Positions 18,743 to 28,568 are shown, counted from the stretch's first letter. The stretch is DNA of 64,000 nucleotides from an uncultured delta proteobacterium (GCA_963727445.1 CAVSGI010000009.1:288001-352000), one strand, 5' to 3'. The notes: generated by a model from the letters alone, not told the origin. A program made the numbers and translations.

Positions 18743-18766
18743 TCCGCCCGCACGATCTCGCGCCGT

Positions 18767-19225
18767 CTACTCAACGTCCCAAGACGTCCGACGGCTCGGG
18801 TCGATCGACTCCCAATCTTCGCGCGCCTGCTTCCGATCCTCTTCCTTGCGTAGCAGGGTGCGGCCCAGCGCTTGGATCAGCGGCCGGACCTCGGCCCACA
18901 TCGGATCGTCCCAGCTGATGAGCACGCCTGGATCGCGGCGCTTCGGCCGGAGCGAGAGCATCGCGCGAAAATCGTCGCCGCGAATATAGGACGCCGAGAC
19001 CGAGACCAGTTGCGAGCTGGCATCCGGCGACCAGTAGAGCGCCGCCATCCACATGTCGTCGAAGGACTTCAGCTCGGCGACCGCCGGGTGGGGCAGACCG
19101 TACTTGGAGAGCTGCGCGCAGACCTCCTCATACCAGGCATGCACGCGCTCCCGTATCCGGTCCGGCGCCCCTTCCGCGACCACCAGCGCTGTCTCCACTG
19201 CGCTCACCTCGATAGAGGATGCCAC
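18767..19225 (-). CDS. Hypothetical protein
   Basis: 152 aa ORF with protein-like composition; GAGG upstream. Confidence 0.55.
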   Translation of the reverse strand: MASSIEVSAVETALVVAEGAPDRIRERVHAWYEEVCAQLSKYGLPHPAVAELKSFDDMWMAALYWSPDASSQLVSVSASYIRGDDFRAMLSLRPKRRDPGVLISWDDPMWAEVRPLIQALGRTLLRKEEDRKQAREDWESIDPSRRTSWDVE

Positions 19226-19343
19226 GACCCACCGCCTCGGTGGTCGGTCTTGGATTCAATGATTTCGAGTATTTGTATGGAACTGTCCACGAGTGGGGGC
19301 ACATCCCGGGCGCTTCGGCTGCGTATTCGTTAGGCTACATGAG

Positions 19344-20015
19344 ATGAGCGCGGAGCCGAAACGTACGGGGGTCCACTGGGGCTTGCCCATTCCGGTGCGC
19401 GTGCTCGCCGTCGGCGATCGTGATCTCCTCGATGTTCTCGAGAGGAAATTCACGCCCATCTGTCGCTTCGACAAGGCGCACTCCATTCGTCAGGCGAACA
19501 TGCGGATGGGCTTGGCGAGCACGCCCTTCGACGCCTTCGTGATTCAGCTCGAATTGCCGGATGGGGACGGCCTCGATTGGTATCGCAGCCTTCGTGACGG
19601 GGGCGAGGTGGCTCGCTCGATGATCGTGTCGGAGCCTTTTGTGGTCGACGTGGAGGCGCGCGCCGCAGCTGCGGGGGCGTGCTTCCTCGAGAGGAGACCT
19701 GGATCGGATTGGGAAGGCGGCCTGCTTCGGTGCTTCCTCGAGCGCGTCGCGACCGAGCACATCCTCCGCCAGCTCATCCGACGCTACGCCTCCGAACGCA
19801 ACTTGTCGGACCGAGAGTCGGAGTTCCTGGAAGCGGCCTTGTGGATGAAGTGCGAGGACATCTCCCAGTTGCCAGGCGAAGACGGCGACGCGGTTAAGTC
19901 GAGGATCGAAGCCATCACCGACAAGACCGGTCTTCCGAGTGTGGAGTCGGCAATCGTGGCTGCGCTTGTGCGGGGGATCCTCGAGTCTCTCTCCGGCTCC
20001 GGCTTCGACCGCTGA
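19344..20015 (+). CDS. Atypical response regulator (receiver-like plus LuxR-like HTH)
   Basis: VRVLAVGD, FDAFVIQLELPDGDGLD, C-terminal LSDRESEFL...KSRIEAITDKTG. Confidence 0.7.
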   Translation: MSAEPKRTGVHWGLPIPVRVLAVGDRDLLDVLERKFTPICRFDKAHSIRQANMRMGLASTPFDAFVIQLELPDGDGLDWYRSLRDGGEVARSMIVSEPFVVDVEARAAAAGACFLERRPGSDWEGGLLRCFLERVATEHILRQLIRRYASERNLSDRESEFLEAALWMKCEDISQLPGEDGDAVKSRIEAITDKTGLPSVESAIVAALVRGILESLSGSGFDR

Positions 20016-20262
20016 TCACCGCCGAGGCCGCGACCACGGCTGCGCCGAAGAGCGCAGCGCCGGCCAGCGGCGTGCCGAGGACGCGAAGGCCCACGAAGAG
20101 GAGCGCCAGGGCGGTGCCGGGTGGGCGCGCGCCGGTCCCCGCGCCGAGGAGCACCCCCGCCATCCCCTCGTCCACCATCCACCCGGCCAGGTGGTCGTGC
20201 AGGAAGACTCCGGCCCCGACGATGGCGCAGACGAGGGCAGGCGCGAGCAAGCGGCGTCTCAT
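19915..20262 (-). CDS. Small membrane protein
   Basis: ATGA overlap with the upstream gene; hydrophobic helices; 3' end overlaps the convergent regulator. Confidence 0.6.
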   Translation of the reverse strand: MRRRLLAPALVCAIVGAGVFLHDHLAGWMVDEGMAGVLLGAGTGARPPGTALALLFVGLRVLGTPLAGAALFGAAVVAASAVISGRSRSRRETRGSPAQAQPRLPTPHSEDRSCR

Positions 20263-21389
20263 CGCTCACCTCCTTTCGGTGTGGTGATCATGGCGAAGAG
20301 AATCGCGTCGCCGATCGGTCCACCCATCGCGAAGGTCCGCACCCCGCGATGGTCGATGGGCGCCCCGGCGAGCGCGGCGGTGGCGTAGAGCGCGGCGAAG
20401 GTCTCCTCGTCCGCGTTGGCGCGCGCGGCGCCCAGCGCGAAGCCGGTGGCGGAAGGGCTGAGCCCGAAGAACACGGGGCCCGAATCGACGTCGGATTCGA
20501 AGCTCCCGCCGTGCATCTGCTCCCGCATCGCGGCGAAACCGAAGCCCCGGCGCAAGAGGTGGGTGTGCATCGCATCGTAGAGCTCTCTCGAGAGCTGCGG
20601 GTCGGCGTAGCTCAGGAAGAAGGACGCGAACGCCGTACCGGAGCCGCGCGCTCTATCGACGGCTGCGCCGCGTCGGTTGACGGCTTGATAGAGAAGGCCG
20701 GTTTCGGGATCGCGGTAGTGCTCGCGCAGGAGCGCGGCATAGCGGGACACGATGTCGCCGTGGTCTTCTCCCGTCGCCCGATCGTGTACGCCGAGCGCCG
20801 CGATCGCTGCGGCGTTGTCGACCGGGTAGGTCTCTGCCGGGTAGGTCTCGAGCAGCCCGCTCTCGCTCTGGCGCATGAGGCGCGACAGGTGGGCGACGAT
20901 CCGGCCCTCGAGGTCCGCGTGCGGGGAGTCGGGGTCGAGCTCGACCAGGAGCGCCAGGGCCAAGCCGTAGTAGCCGAGAAACGCCACGTGGGCCCGGCGC
21001 GTACCGATGTCGGCGAGTGGATATCGGCCCCACGCCGCCCGATCGAAGGCGCGCACCTCGCGCCGCTTCACGGCAGAGAGCGCCGACTCCATCCGGCGCA
21101 CGGCGACCTCGCGATATTCCGGATGGGCCCGCGCGACGTTGGCGTGACCGATGGCGCTCATCACATAGGTGCCGAAGAGCCACTCTCCGTCGAATCGCTG
21201 GACGCCCGTCGAGAAATCGCCCTCGCCAAGCGGCTCCTCGGTCCAGCGGGCCACGCCGTCCGCGTGTGCGCGCGCGAGCGAGAGATCGTCGTCGTAGAGC
21301 GGCCCCGCATCTCTTCGAAAGACCAGACCGGGTGCCAGCAGGCCACCCACGAGGAGGGCGGCGGCGAAGGTCGCATGGGTTGTCGTCAC
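20259..21389 (-). CDS. Linalool dehydratase/isomerase-like (alpha/alpha) barrel protein
   Basis: GLLETYPAETYPVDN, ARGSG, DVDSGPV, IGDAILFAM motifs recalled from this family; N-terminal anchor. Confidence 0.6.
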   Translation of the reverse strand: MTTTHATFAAALLVGGLLAPGLVFRRDAGPLYDDDLSLARAHADGVARWTEEPLGEGDFSTGVQRFDGEWLFGTYVMSAIGHANVARAHPEYREVAVRRMESALSAVKRREVRAFDRAAWGRYPLADIGTRRAHVAFLGYYGLALALLVELDPDSPHADLEGRIVAHLSRLMRQSESGLLETYPAETYPVDNAAAIAALGVHDRATGEDHGDIVSRYAALLREHYRDPETGLLYQAVNRRGAAVDRARGSGTAFASFFLSYADPQLSRELYDAMHTHLLRRGFGFAAMREQMHGGSFESDVDSGPVFFGLSPSATGFALGAARANADEETFAALYATAALAGAPIDHRGVRTFAMGGPIGDAILFAMITTPKGGER

Positions 21390-21470
21390 CCGCTCACGAT
21401 GAGGCGCGCCTGCCGTCGCGCGAGCGGGTGGCGGGTCGAGCGGTCGCCAAGCGGCGTCGAGCGGTCGGCG

Positions 21471-22970
21471 TCAGCCGGGGATGGTGTCCGGATCGCTGTC
21501 GACCACTTCCTGGTCCGCCTCGAGCTCTTCTTCCTCGCGCCGCCGGATCCACATCGTTCCGAAGACGCCGAGGAGGATCAGCACCGCCAGCGCGAGCACC
21601 ATTCGCTTCAGAGGCCAGCCTTCTTCCGCGGGTCCGTCGCCGTTCGCAGCCACGATGAAAGCGAGGGCCCCCGCGTGTTCCGGATCGTGGAGGAGCACCT
21701 GCTGGTAGGCGCCGAGATCCGCGACGCCGCTGGCGAGCCGCGACTCCGCCTCGATGAACTGCAGCTCGGCGCGCCAGCTCTCCGCGCTCGCGTGCGTCGG
21801 CGACAGACGCACCGCGCGGCGATAGAAGCGCCGAGCCTCGGCCACGTCGCCCGCCGTCAGTGCGCGCGCGCCGAGCGCCGCGTATCCGGGCGCCAGCTGC
21901 GCTCGCTGGGGCAGGTCGGGCGCGGCGATCAGCACCGCGTCGAACTTCGTGCGCATGGTGTCGAGATCGCCGTCGGCGAGCGCCGCGAGGCCAGCGTCGA
22001 GCTCGCGCCGCACCGGCGCGAGGCGCTGCGCGTCGTGCGCGGCGTACAGCATCGAGGCCGTCGCCTCCCAACCGAGGCTCTGATCGGCGTGCTCGCCCGT
22101 CAGGTTCCGGTAGACGCGGCGCAGCTGCCAGATCGCGTTTCGTCCGTAGCGCTCCGTCGCCCAGCGCGCGGCGTTGCGCACCTGGGCGCGCTCGTGCACC
22201 ACGCACCCCACGACCGCGCGCATCGCGTCCATATCGCGCTTGGTTCCGTACGCGCGGATGATCTCGGCGAGCAGCCGCATGTCGTGGGTCTGGATGGCAC
22301 GTCCGGGCTCGGGGCTACCGAGCTCGCGGATCCCCCAGCGGGCGAAGCGTCGAACGCCCGGATCGCCGTGATCGTCGAGGATCAGGAGCATGGGCAGGGC
22401 CCTCTCGCCGAGCCGCCACACCATGCGCCGGAACTCCCAGCGCCACGCCTGCGGATCGGTCGCGATGATCTCGCCGAGCACCGGCGCCGCCTCGATGGTC
22501 GCCATGTCCACCAGCGAACGCGCGAGAAGACGTCGCTCCACCAGCGCCACGGTCATCGCCTCGCGATCCTCGCCGAGCACGGTCGGCAGGCCCGGGATGA
22601 CGTCGACGTCTTCGTCGGCGCGCAGGCTCCCCACCGCGTGGCGAAAGCGGTTGATCGTGCGATACGCCTCCTCCGTGTCGAAGCGCGGCCGGGCGAGAGT
22701 CTCGACGCGCCGGCGGATCGCGGGCAGCGCCTCCTCTTCGAGCGTGGAGAGCGCGTCGCACGCAGCCTGCCGCGCGGCCGGATCGTCGCTCGCCAGATCC
22801 GCGGCCCACCCCTCGAGCTCCTCGAGGGTCGTGCCGTATTCGTCCGCCTCCGCCGCGGTCTGTTGTGCCCGCGCCGTGCCCGTGCCCATCGCGAGCGACA
22901 GGACGAGCGCGACCCCGATCGTCAGGTGACGATGCGGAACGCTGCGAACTCTCCCGTATAGCTGCGCCAT
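21471..22970 (-). CDS. Secreted/membrane-anchored HEAT plus TPR repeat protein (start uncertain)
   Basis: Signal-like segment, LASDDPAARQAAC and DPGVRRFARW HEAT-like repeats, TPR-like C-terminal half, C-terminal TM. Confidence 0.7.
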   Translation of the reverse strand: MAQLYGRVRSVPHRHLTIGVALVLSLAMGTGTARAQQTAAEADEYGTTLEELEGWAADLASDDPAARQAACDALSTLEEEALPAIRRRVETLARPRFDTEEAYRTINRFRHAVGSLRADEDVDVIPGLPTVLGEDREAMTVALVERRLLARSLVDMATIEAAPVLGEIIATDPQAWRWEFRRMVWRLGERALPMLLILDDHGDPGVRRFARWGIRELGSPEPGRAIQTHDMRLLAEIIRAYGTKRDMDAMRAVVGCVVHERAQVRNAARWATERYGRNAIWQLRRVYRNLTGEHADQSLGWEATASMLYAAHDAQRLAPVRRELDAGLAALADGDLDTMRTKFDAVLIAAPDLPQRAQLAPGYAALGARALTAGDVAEARRFYRRAVRLSPTHASAESWRAELQFIEAESRLASGVADLGAYQQVLLHDPEHAGALAFIVAANGDGPAEEGWPLKRMVLALAVLILLGVFGTMWIRRREEEELEADQEVVDSDPDTIPG

Positions 22971-23200
22971 TTGGTCTCGACCTTGTCCACGCGGGCGGTC
23001 GTCGGCCCTTGCTGGGCCCAGTTGAGGAAGTCCTTCACGTCGTCCTCCTCACCTTCGACGACCATCTCCACCGAGCCGTCCGGGCGGTTCTTCACCCAGC
23101 CGGTGAGGCCGTGCTCTCGCGCTTCCCGTTGAGCCGTGGCGCGGTAGTACACTCCCTGTACCCGTCCCCGGACGACCAACTGGATTCGCTTCTGGCCCAT
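22922..23200 (-). CDS. acyP: Acylphosphatase
   Basis: GRVQGVYYR and GWVKNRPDGSVE signatures. Confidence 0.95.
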   Translation of the reverse strand: MGQKRIQLVVRGRVQGVYYRATAQREAREHGLTGWVKNRPDGSVEMVVEGEEDDVKDFLNWAQQGPTTARVDKVETKWRSYTGEFAAFRIVT

Positions 23201-23421
23201 GCCTCTTCTCCCTCGTTAGCCGAGACCCGGCGGATGGCCAAAAAACCGGCAAACCCCGGGCACTTGCCTCGATCGGCCGGAGGATAGCGCACCTTGGCGG
23301 GGGCGGGCACCAGGAGCCCTTGCGGGGGAGGGTCCGATCCGCTAGATAGCCCGACCCCCTCTCAATGGTCTGGGCGCCTTTCGCCCCCAGGATCCCAGGA
23401 CGGAGGGACCGAGGTATCCCG

Positions 23422-23706
23422 ATGAAGCCCGAAATTCACCCCGAGTACAACGCCGCCACCATCACCTGTGCCTGCGGCGCCAGCTACGAGACCCGCTCGA
23501 CGGCAGGCTCCTTCAACGTCGACATCTGCGCGGCGTGCCATCCCTTCTACACCGGCCGCCAGAAGATCATGGACACCGCTGGCCGCGTCGAGCGCTTCAA
23601 GAAGAAGTACGCCAAGGCGAACAAGGCGAAGGAAGAGAAGGCCGCCAAGGCTGCTGCCGCCGAAGCCGCCGCTGCCGAAGCCGCCGCCGAGAAGACGGAC
23701 GCCTGA
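23422..23706 (+). CDS. rpmE: 50S ribosomal protein L31 (Zn-binding type) with Ala/Lys/Glu-rich tail
   Basis: [29 protein letters not shown]. Confidence 0.97.
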   Translation: MKPEIHPEYNAATITCACGASYETRSTAGSFNVDICAACHPFYTGRQKIMDTAGRVERFKKKYAKANKAKEEKAAKAAAAEAAAAEAAAEKTDA

Positions 23707-23823
23707 GGCTCACGGGGGATGCTGCGAAATGACGCAGCGAGTACGTGCAGGCGTCCTCCGCTATCCCCAAATGCATCGGGCCAGAGCCGTCGGCTCTGAT
23801 CCTCTACCCTGACGTGGCGCCGC

Positions 23824-24918
23824 GTGCTTCCGTTCGACAAGCTGGACGAGCTGGCCGCCCGCCATCGCGAGGTGGAGGAGCGGCTCTGCCGTCCGGACGT
23901 CGCCGCCGACGCCAAGAAGTACACGGCGCTGATGAAGGAGCGCGCGGAGCTCGGCGATCTGGTCGAGGCTTACGCGCGCTACCGCGACGTCGACAAGCGC
24001 CTGGCCGAGGATCGGGAGGCGCTCTCCGATCCGGAGCTCAAGGAGATGGTGCAGGAGGAGATCCCCGAGCTCGAAAAGGAGCTCGGGGAGATCGAGAAGC
24101 GCCTTCAGTTGCTCCTTCTGCCGAAGGACCCGGCCGACGAGCGCAACACGCTGCTCGAGATCCGCGCCGGTGCGGGTGGTGAAGAGGCTGCCCTTTTCGC
24201 AGCGGATCTGCTGCGGATGTACATGCGCTTCGCCGAATCGCAGGGCTGGAAGGTCGAGATCCTGTCGACCAGCGAAGCGTCGGCCGGGGGGCTCAAGGAA
24301 GTGGTGGCGCTCATCGAGGGCGACCGCGTCTTCTCCCGCCTTCGCTTCGAGGGCGGCGTGCACCGCGTACAGCGCGTGCCGGTGACCGAGTCCCAGGGAC
24401 GCATCCACACTTCGACCGCGACGGTGGCGGTGCTCCCCGAGGCCGAGGACGTCGACGTCACCATCGACGACAAGGACCTGCGGGTCGACACCTACCGCGC
24501 CTCCGGCGCCGGCGGCCAGCACGTCAACCGGACCGACTCGGCGGTGCGCCTCACCCACCTGCCGACGGGGCTCGTCGTCCAGTGCCAGGACGAGCGCTCT
24601 CAGATCAAGAACCGCAGCAAGGCGATGAAGATCCTCATGGCCCGCCTCCTCGACAAGGAGCGCGAGGCGCAGGCCCAGGCCGAATCCGCCGAGCGGCGCA
24701 ACATGGTGGGCACGGGCGATCGCTCCGAGAAGATCCGCACCTACAACTACCCGCAGAACCGCGTCACCGATCACCGCATCAACCTGACGGTGCACAAGCT
24801 CGACTCGGTCATCGAAGGCGAGCTCGGCGAGATCATCGACGCCCTCCGCGGCCACCACCAGGCCGAGCTCCTGCGCCACCTCGGGATGGATCCCGACGAG
24901 CGCCCCGACCCCAACTAA
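23824..24918 (+). CDS. prfA: Peptide chain release factor 1
   Basis: GAGGQHVN, RF1-type PVT motif (QRVPVTE), RSEKIRTYNYPQ. Confidence 0.97.
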   Translation: MLPFDKLDELAARHREVEERLCRPDVAADAKKYTALMKERAELGDLVEAYARYRDVDKRLAEDREALSDPELKEMVQEEIPELEKELGEIEKRLQLLLLPKDPADERNTLLEIRAGAGGEEAALFAADLLRMYMRFAESQGWKVEILSTSEASAGGLKEVVALIEGDRVFSRLRFEGGVHRVQRVPVTESQGRIHTSTATVAVLPEAEDVDVTIDDKDLRVDTYRASGAGGQHVNRTDSAVRLTHLPTGLVVQCQDERSQIKNRSKAMKILMARLLDKEREAQAQAESAERRNMVGTGDRSEKIRTYNYPQNRVTDHRINLTVHKLDSVIEGELGEIIDALRGHHQAELLRHLGMDPDERPDPN

Positions 24919-25799
24919 CCGAGCACGCGCGCGGGATCGAGCGCTGCTGCCAGCGTCTCGATTGTGCGCGAGGCGCCGGTCGCGCGCGCGCCGGCCACCT
25001 CCGTCACGTCCTCGAGGTGCTTGCCGCCGCGCTCCTCGGCGATCCGCCGCGCCACCGCGGCGCGAACACGGCGCATGCGCTCCGGGCCGTCGAGGCGGAT
25101 GGCCAGCCGGGCCCCTTCGCCGTCCATGACGCGGATCTCGCTCCCCACGGATCGCACCCCGCGGCCGCGCATCCACGCGAGCGCCGCCGCCGCTTCGTCG
25201 GGCGCGTCGAAGCGGAAAGCGAGGATCGTCTCGGCGGTCAGAGCGCGCGCCACGAGATGGGCCGAGGTGATCACGCCCAGGCGCCCGCGCGCGCCCACGA
25301 AGGCGCCGATCAGGTCCGGGCCCACCGCTCGGCGCGGCGCGGGACGGATGTGGAGAAGGCGTCCGTCCGGGAGCACCGCCGACAGGCCGGCGACCAGCTG
25401 GTCCACCGGGTCGGCGTCGCGATCCCGCGCCCCAGGCGCACCTTCGGCGAGCCACGCACCCACCGACTGCTCCGCCGCCTGATGCATGCCGAGGGTGAGC
25501 TGCCGTTCTCCGAGCGCCCCCTCGACGTCCGCCAGGGACGCGCCTGCCTCCACGTGCACCAGGAGCGATGCGTCGTCGTAAGCCAAGAGATCCGCCATGC
25601 GTCTGAGATCGATGGTCACCGCGCCGTCGCGCGGCGGCGCGCCCGGTGGGGACATCGGCGCGCCGAGTCGGTTGGCGATCGCGAGAGCGTCCGCGAGCTC
25701 GGCCTCACTCCGCGGCAAGAGCGCCGCGCGCCCCTGCGCTTCTTGAACGGCGCCGGGCATCGCCTCGCGCAGCGCTTCGATCAGCTGATCACGCGCCAT
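24915..25799 (-). CDS. FAD-binding oxidoreductase (GlcE-like, short)
   Basis: VHVEAG, AVGPDLIGAFVGARGRLGVIT, terminal LDPARVL. Confidence 0.8.
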   Translation of the reverse strand: MARDQLIEALREAMPGAVQEAQGRAALLPRSEAELADALAIANRLGAPMSPPGAPPRDGAVTIDLRRMADLLAYDDASLLVHVEAGASLADVEGALGERQLTLGMHQAAEQSVGAWLAEGAPGARDRDADPVDQLVAGLSAVLPDGRLLHIRPAPRRAVGPDLIGAFVGARGRLGVITSAHLVARALTAETILAFRFDAPDEAAAALAWMRGRGVRSVGSEIRVMDGEGARLAIRLDGPERMRRVRAAVARRIAEERGGKHLEDVTEVAGARATGASRTIETLAAALDPARVLG

Positions 25800-27396
25800 G
25801 GTTGCCTCGCTGCGCGACGCTCGGCGACGCGGCGCCGATGAGCGCGCCCGGGTTCAGGATGCCGGCCGGATCGAATTCGTCCTTCAGCGTGCGCACCACG
25901 TCGATCGCTACGCCCTGTTCGGCGCGCATCGCTGGCGCCTTGCTCCGCCCGACGCCGTGGTGGTGCGAGAGCGTGCCCCCCGCCGCCACCACCGCTTCGA
26001 GCGCGTCCTTCCACGTCTTGTCGTAGGTCGCGAGCGCCGCGTCCTCGTCGGGCGCCGAGCCCGCGAAGCTGAAATAGATCGACGCGCCGTCGGGATAGGC
26101 GTGGCTGAAGTGCGCCATCACGAAGACGTGCGGGCTCAGCGCGGCCCGCACCGCGTGGTACATCGGCAGCAGGCGCGACCAGGTCGACGCCACCTCCATC
26201 GTGTCCACGAAGGCGCCCCAGGCGTAGAGCGGCGACTGCCGGTAGCTGACGCTGTGGCGGTGGGCGAGCCAGCGTCTGGCGGGTGCTTCGCCGGTGTCGC
26301 GCGCGCCTTCACCGCGCGCGATCTCCGCCGCGAGGGCGAGCTCGGCGTCCGCGAGGTCGGGGTGATCCTCCCAGACCAGCACCATGAGCGCGCCGCCCAG
26401 GGCGCGGTCGGGCAGGGCGTCGATGATGCGATTGAGCGCTTTGGGGCGCCGCAGCGCGCGATTGAGCATCCGCGCCCCCAGGCCCGGCCGGTACGGCCCG
26501 GCCTTTTCGAGCTCCTCCTCCTCGTCCGCCTCCTGCACCGACTCGTCGGCAGGCCCTTTCACGCCGCCACGCCGCGCGAGCATCGTGTCGAAGGGATCGT
26601 AGAGACGCGCCACCGCCGGGCGCAGGCCCGCCTGGAAGATCTTCCGCATGCCGTCGAGGCCCGCTTCCGTGCTCTCGAAGACGAAGGACGCGAAGCGGCG
26701 CGAGGCGGGGGCCGGGGAGATGCGCACCGTGGCCTCGGTGATGATGGCGAGGATCCCTTCGCTGCCCACGACGAGCGGGATCAGCGCCGGCTCGATGCCG
26801 GCGTCGAGGTCGGCCTCGCGGATCTGCCCACCGCCATCGACACAGCGCAGCCCCACCACCATGTCCTCGATCTTCCCGTAACGCCCCGAGCACTGGCCGG
26901 CCGAACGCGCCGCGAGCCAACCGCCGAGGGTCGAGCAATGGATCGACGAGGGAAAGTGGCCGAGGGTGTATCCGCGCGCCGCGAGACCGTCCTCGAGATG
27001 CTGTCCGATGATCCCCGCCTCGATCCGCGCCGTCAGTCGCTCCTCGTCCACGGAGAGGAAGCGCCGCATCCGCTTGAGGTCGATGAGGATCGTCTCCTCG
27101 GTCGGCAGCACGCCGCCGCACACGCCCGAGCCCGCGCCGTAGGGCACGATGGGGATCTTGCGCTCGCGGGCGTAGCCAATGATGTCGACGATCTCTTCGG
27201 TGGTCTCGGGCCAGGCGATCATCGCCGGCGGGGAGGGCGCCGCCACGCCGCTGCGCGTGACGATCTGCTGGCGCGGCCAGAGGTCGCGCGCGTACGCCAC
27301 ACGATCCGCTTCGCCAGCCGACACCCGCCCCCCCACGAGCGCGGAAACGTCGGACAAGACTCCGGACGAGCTCACGCTCGCGTTATACAGGATCAC
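25789..27396 (-). CDS. Alkyl-dihydroxyacetonephosphate synthase-like FAD oxidoreductase
   Basis: TLGHFPSSIHCSTLGGWLAARSAGQCSGRYGKIEDM, AHFSHAY, SHHHGVG, DPAGILNPG. Confidence 0.85.
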   Translation of the reverse strand: MILYNASVSSSGVLSDVSALVGGRVSAGEADRVAYARDLWPRQQIVTRSGVAAPSPPAMIAWPETTEEIVDIIGYARERKIPIVPYGAGSGVCGGVLPTEETILIDLKRMRRFLSVDEERLTARIEAGIIGQHLEDGLAARGYTLGHFPSSIHCSTLGGWLAARSAGQCSGRYGKIEDMVVGLRCVDGGGQIREADLDAGIEPALIPLVVGSEGILAIITEATVRISPAPASRRFASFVFESTEAGLDGMRKIFQAGLRPAVARLYDPFDTMLARRGGVKGPADESVQEADEEEELEKAGPYRPGLGARMLNRALRRPKALNRIIDALPDRALGGALMVLVWEDHPDLADAELALAAEIARGEGARDTGEAPARRWLAHRHSVSYRQSPLYAWGAFVDTMEVASTWSRLLPMYHAVRAALSPHVFVMAHFSHAYPDGASIYFSFAGSAPDEDAALATYDKTWKDALEAVVAAGGTLSHHHGVGRSKAPAMRAEQGVAIDVVRTLKDEFDPAGILNPGALIGAASPSVAQRGNHGA

Positions 27397-27836
27397 CCCG
27401 GGTCGTGGCGTGGACGCGGAGAGGTCTCCTTGCTTTCGTCCGGCTCGAGCGCGCGGGCGCGGCGCTCGACGAGGTCCGAAAGGGCGACGAAGGGGATGCG
27501 CACCGGGCAGACGCGTTCGAGCTCCTCGAGGTCACCGCGCCTCAAGCTCGCGAGGTAGCGTTTCGCGGCGCCATGGTCCTCCACCCGCCGCGCATAGGCC
27601 CTGACCAGCTCGCTCGGGCCCCGGAAGATGGGGCGTGCCGCCTGATCGTACGCGTCGAAAGCCACGTCGCAGGCGCCGCAGGCCGTGCAGCGCCGGACGG
27701 CCGAGAGGACGGCGAGGTCCGCGGTTTCGAGAGCGGCCTTCGAGGTTTGCTCGGCGGGCGCCTGGGCGGCGCTTTGCTCCACCTCCTGGCCCGCGAGGCG
27801 GCGCAGGGCCGCCTTGAAACGGTCGACCAGGCTCAA
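27393..27836 (-). CDS. Small 4Fe-4S-binding protein
   Basis: CTACGAC and distal VCPVRIP; stop overlaps the next start. Confidence 0.65.
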   Translation of the reverse strand: MSLVDRFKAALRRLAGQEVEQSAAQAPAEQTSKAALETADLAVLSAVRRCTACGACDVAFDAYDQAARPIFRGPSELVRAYARRVEDHGAAKRYLASLRRGDLEELERVCPVRIPFVALSDLVERRARALEPDESKETSPRPRHDPG

Positions 27837-27902
27837 GGGCCCGTGTCCTTGACGTGGGGGCCCCTGCCCCTACATTTGCTCGACCTGACTTCGCCGAATC
27901 CC

Positions 27903-28568
27903 ATGGCTGAGGATCCCAAAAACCCCACGGTGAACGCCGCGTCCCTCGAGCGGTACTCGGAGGCGGAGCTCCCCACTGAGTACGGCATCTTCCGTGTCTT
28001 CGTCTACCGCGAGGGCGACAAGGAGCACGCTGCCATCGTCCACGGCGACATCGACGGCGCCCCCGACGTCCTGTGCCGGGTTCACAGCGAGTGCCTCACG
28101 GGCGAGGTGCTTCACTCCCTGAAGTGCGACTGCCGCGAGCAGCTCGACCTCGCCATGCGTCGCATCGCCGAGGCCAAGAAGGGCGTCGTGGTCTACCTCC
28201 GCCAGGAGGGTCGGGGCATCGGCCTCGGCAACAAGATTCGCGCGTATGCGCTGCAGGCCCAGGGCGCTGACACCGTGGACGCCAACACCATGCTCGGCTT
28301 CCCCCCCGATCTCCGGCGCTATGACGTCGCGGCGCGCATCCTCGAAGATCTCCGCGTGCGCTCCATCGCCCTGATGACGAACAACCCCGAGAAGGTGGAC
28401 GCGCTGATCGCCGACGGTGTCAACGTCACCCGCCGGGTCAACCACCACGTCGACCCCACGGCCGAGAGCCGCGGCTACCTCGAGACCAAGCGCTCCCGCC
28501 TCGGCCATCACCTCGACCATCTCGGCGACGGCGAGCGTCACGACCTGGCCGAGCTCGACGCCGAGTAG
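27903..28568 (+). CDS. ribA: GTP cyclohydrolase II
   Basis: RVHSECLTG, CDC, QEGRGIGLGNK, MTNNPEK. Confidence 0.96.
   Translation: MAEDPKNPTVNAASLERYSEAELPTEYGIFRVFVYREGDKEHAAIVHGDIDGAPDVLCRVHSECLTGEVLHSLKCDCREQLDLAMRRIAEAKKGVVVYLRQEGRGIGLGNKIRAYALQAQGADTVDANTMLGFPPDLRRYDVAARILEDLRVRSIALMTNNPEKVDALIADGVNVTRRVNHHVDPTAESRGYLETKRSRLGHHLDHLGDGERHDLAELDAE

Noticed and set aside
20121..22961. 946-aa plus-strand ORF and similar long Arg/Pro-rich ORFs throughout
   Set aside because: Off-frame or antisense ORFs typical of high-GC DNA, overlapping better supported genes
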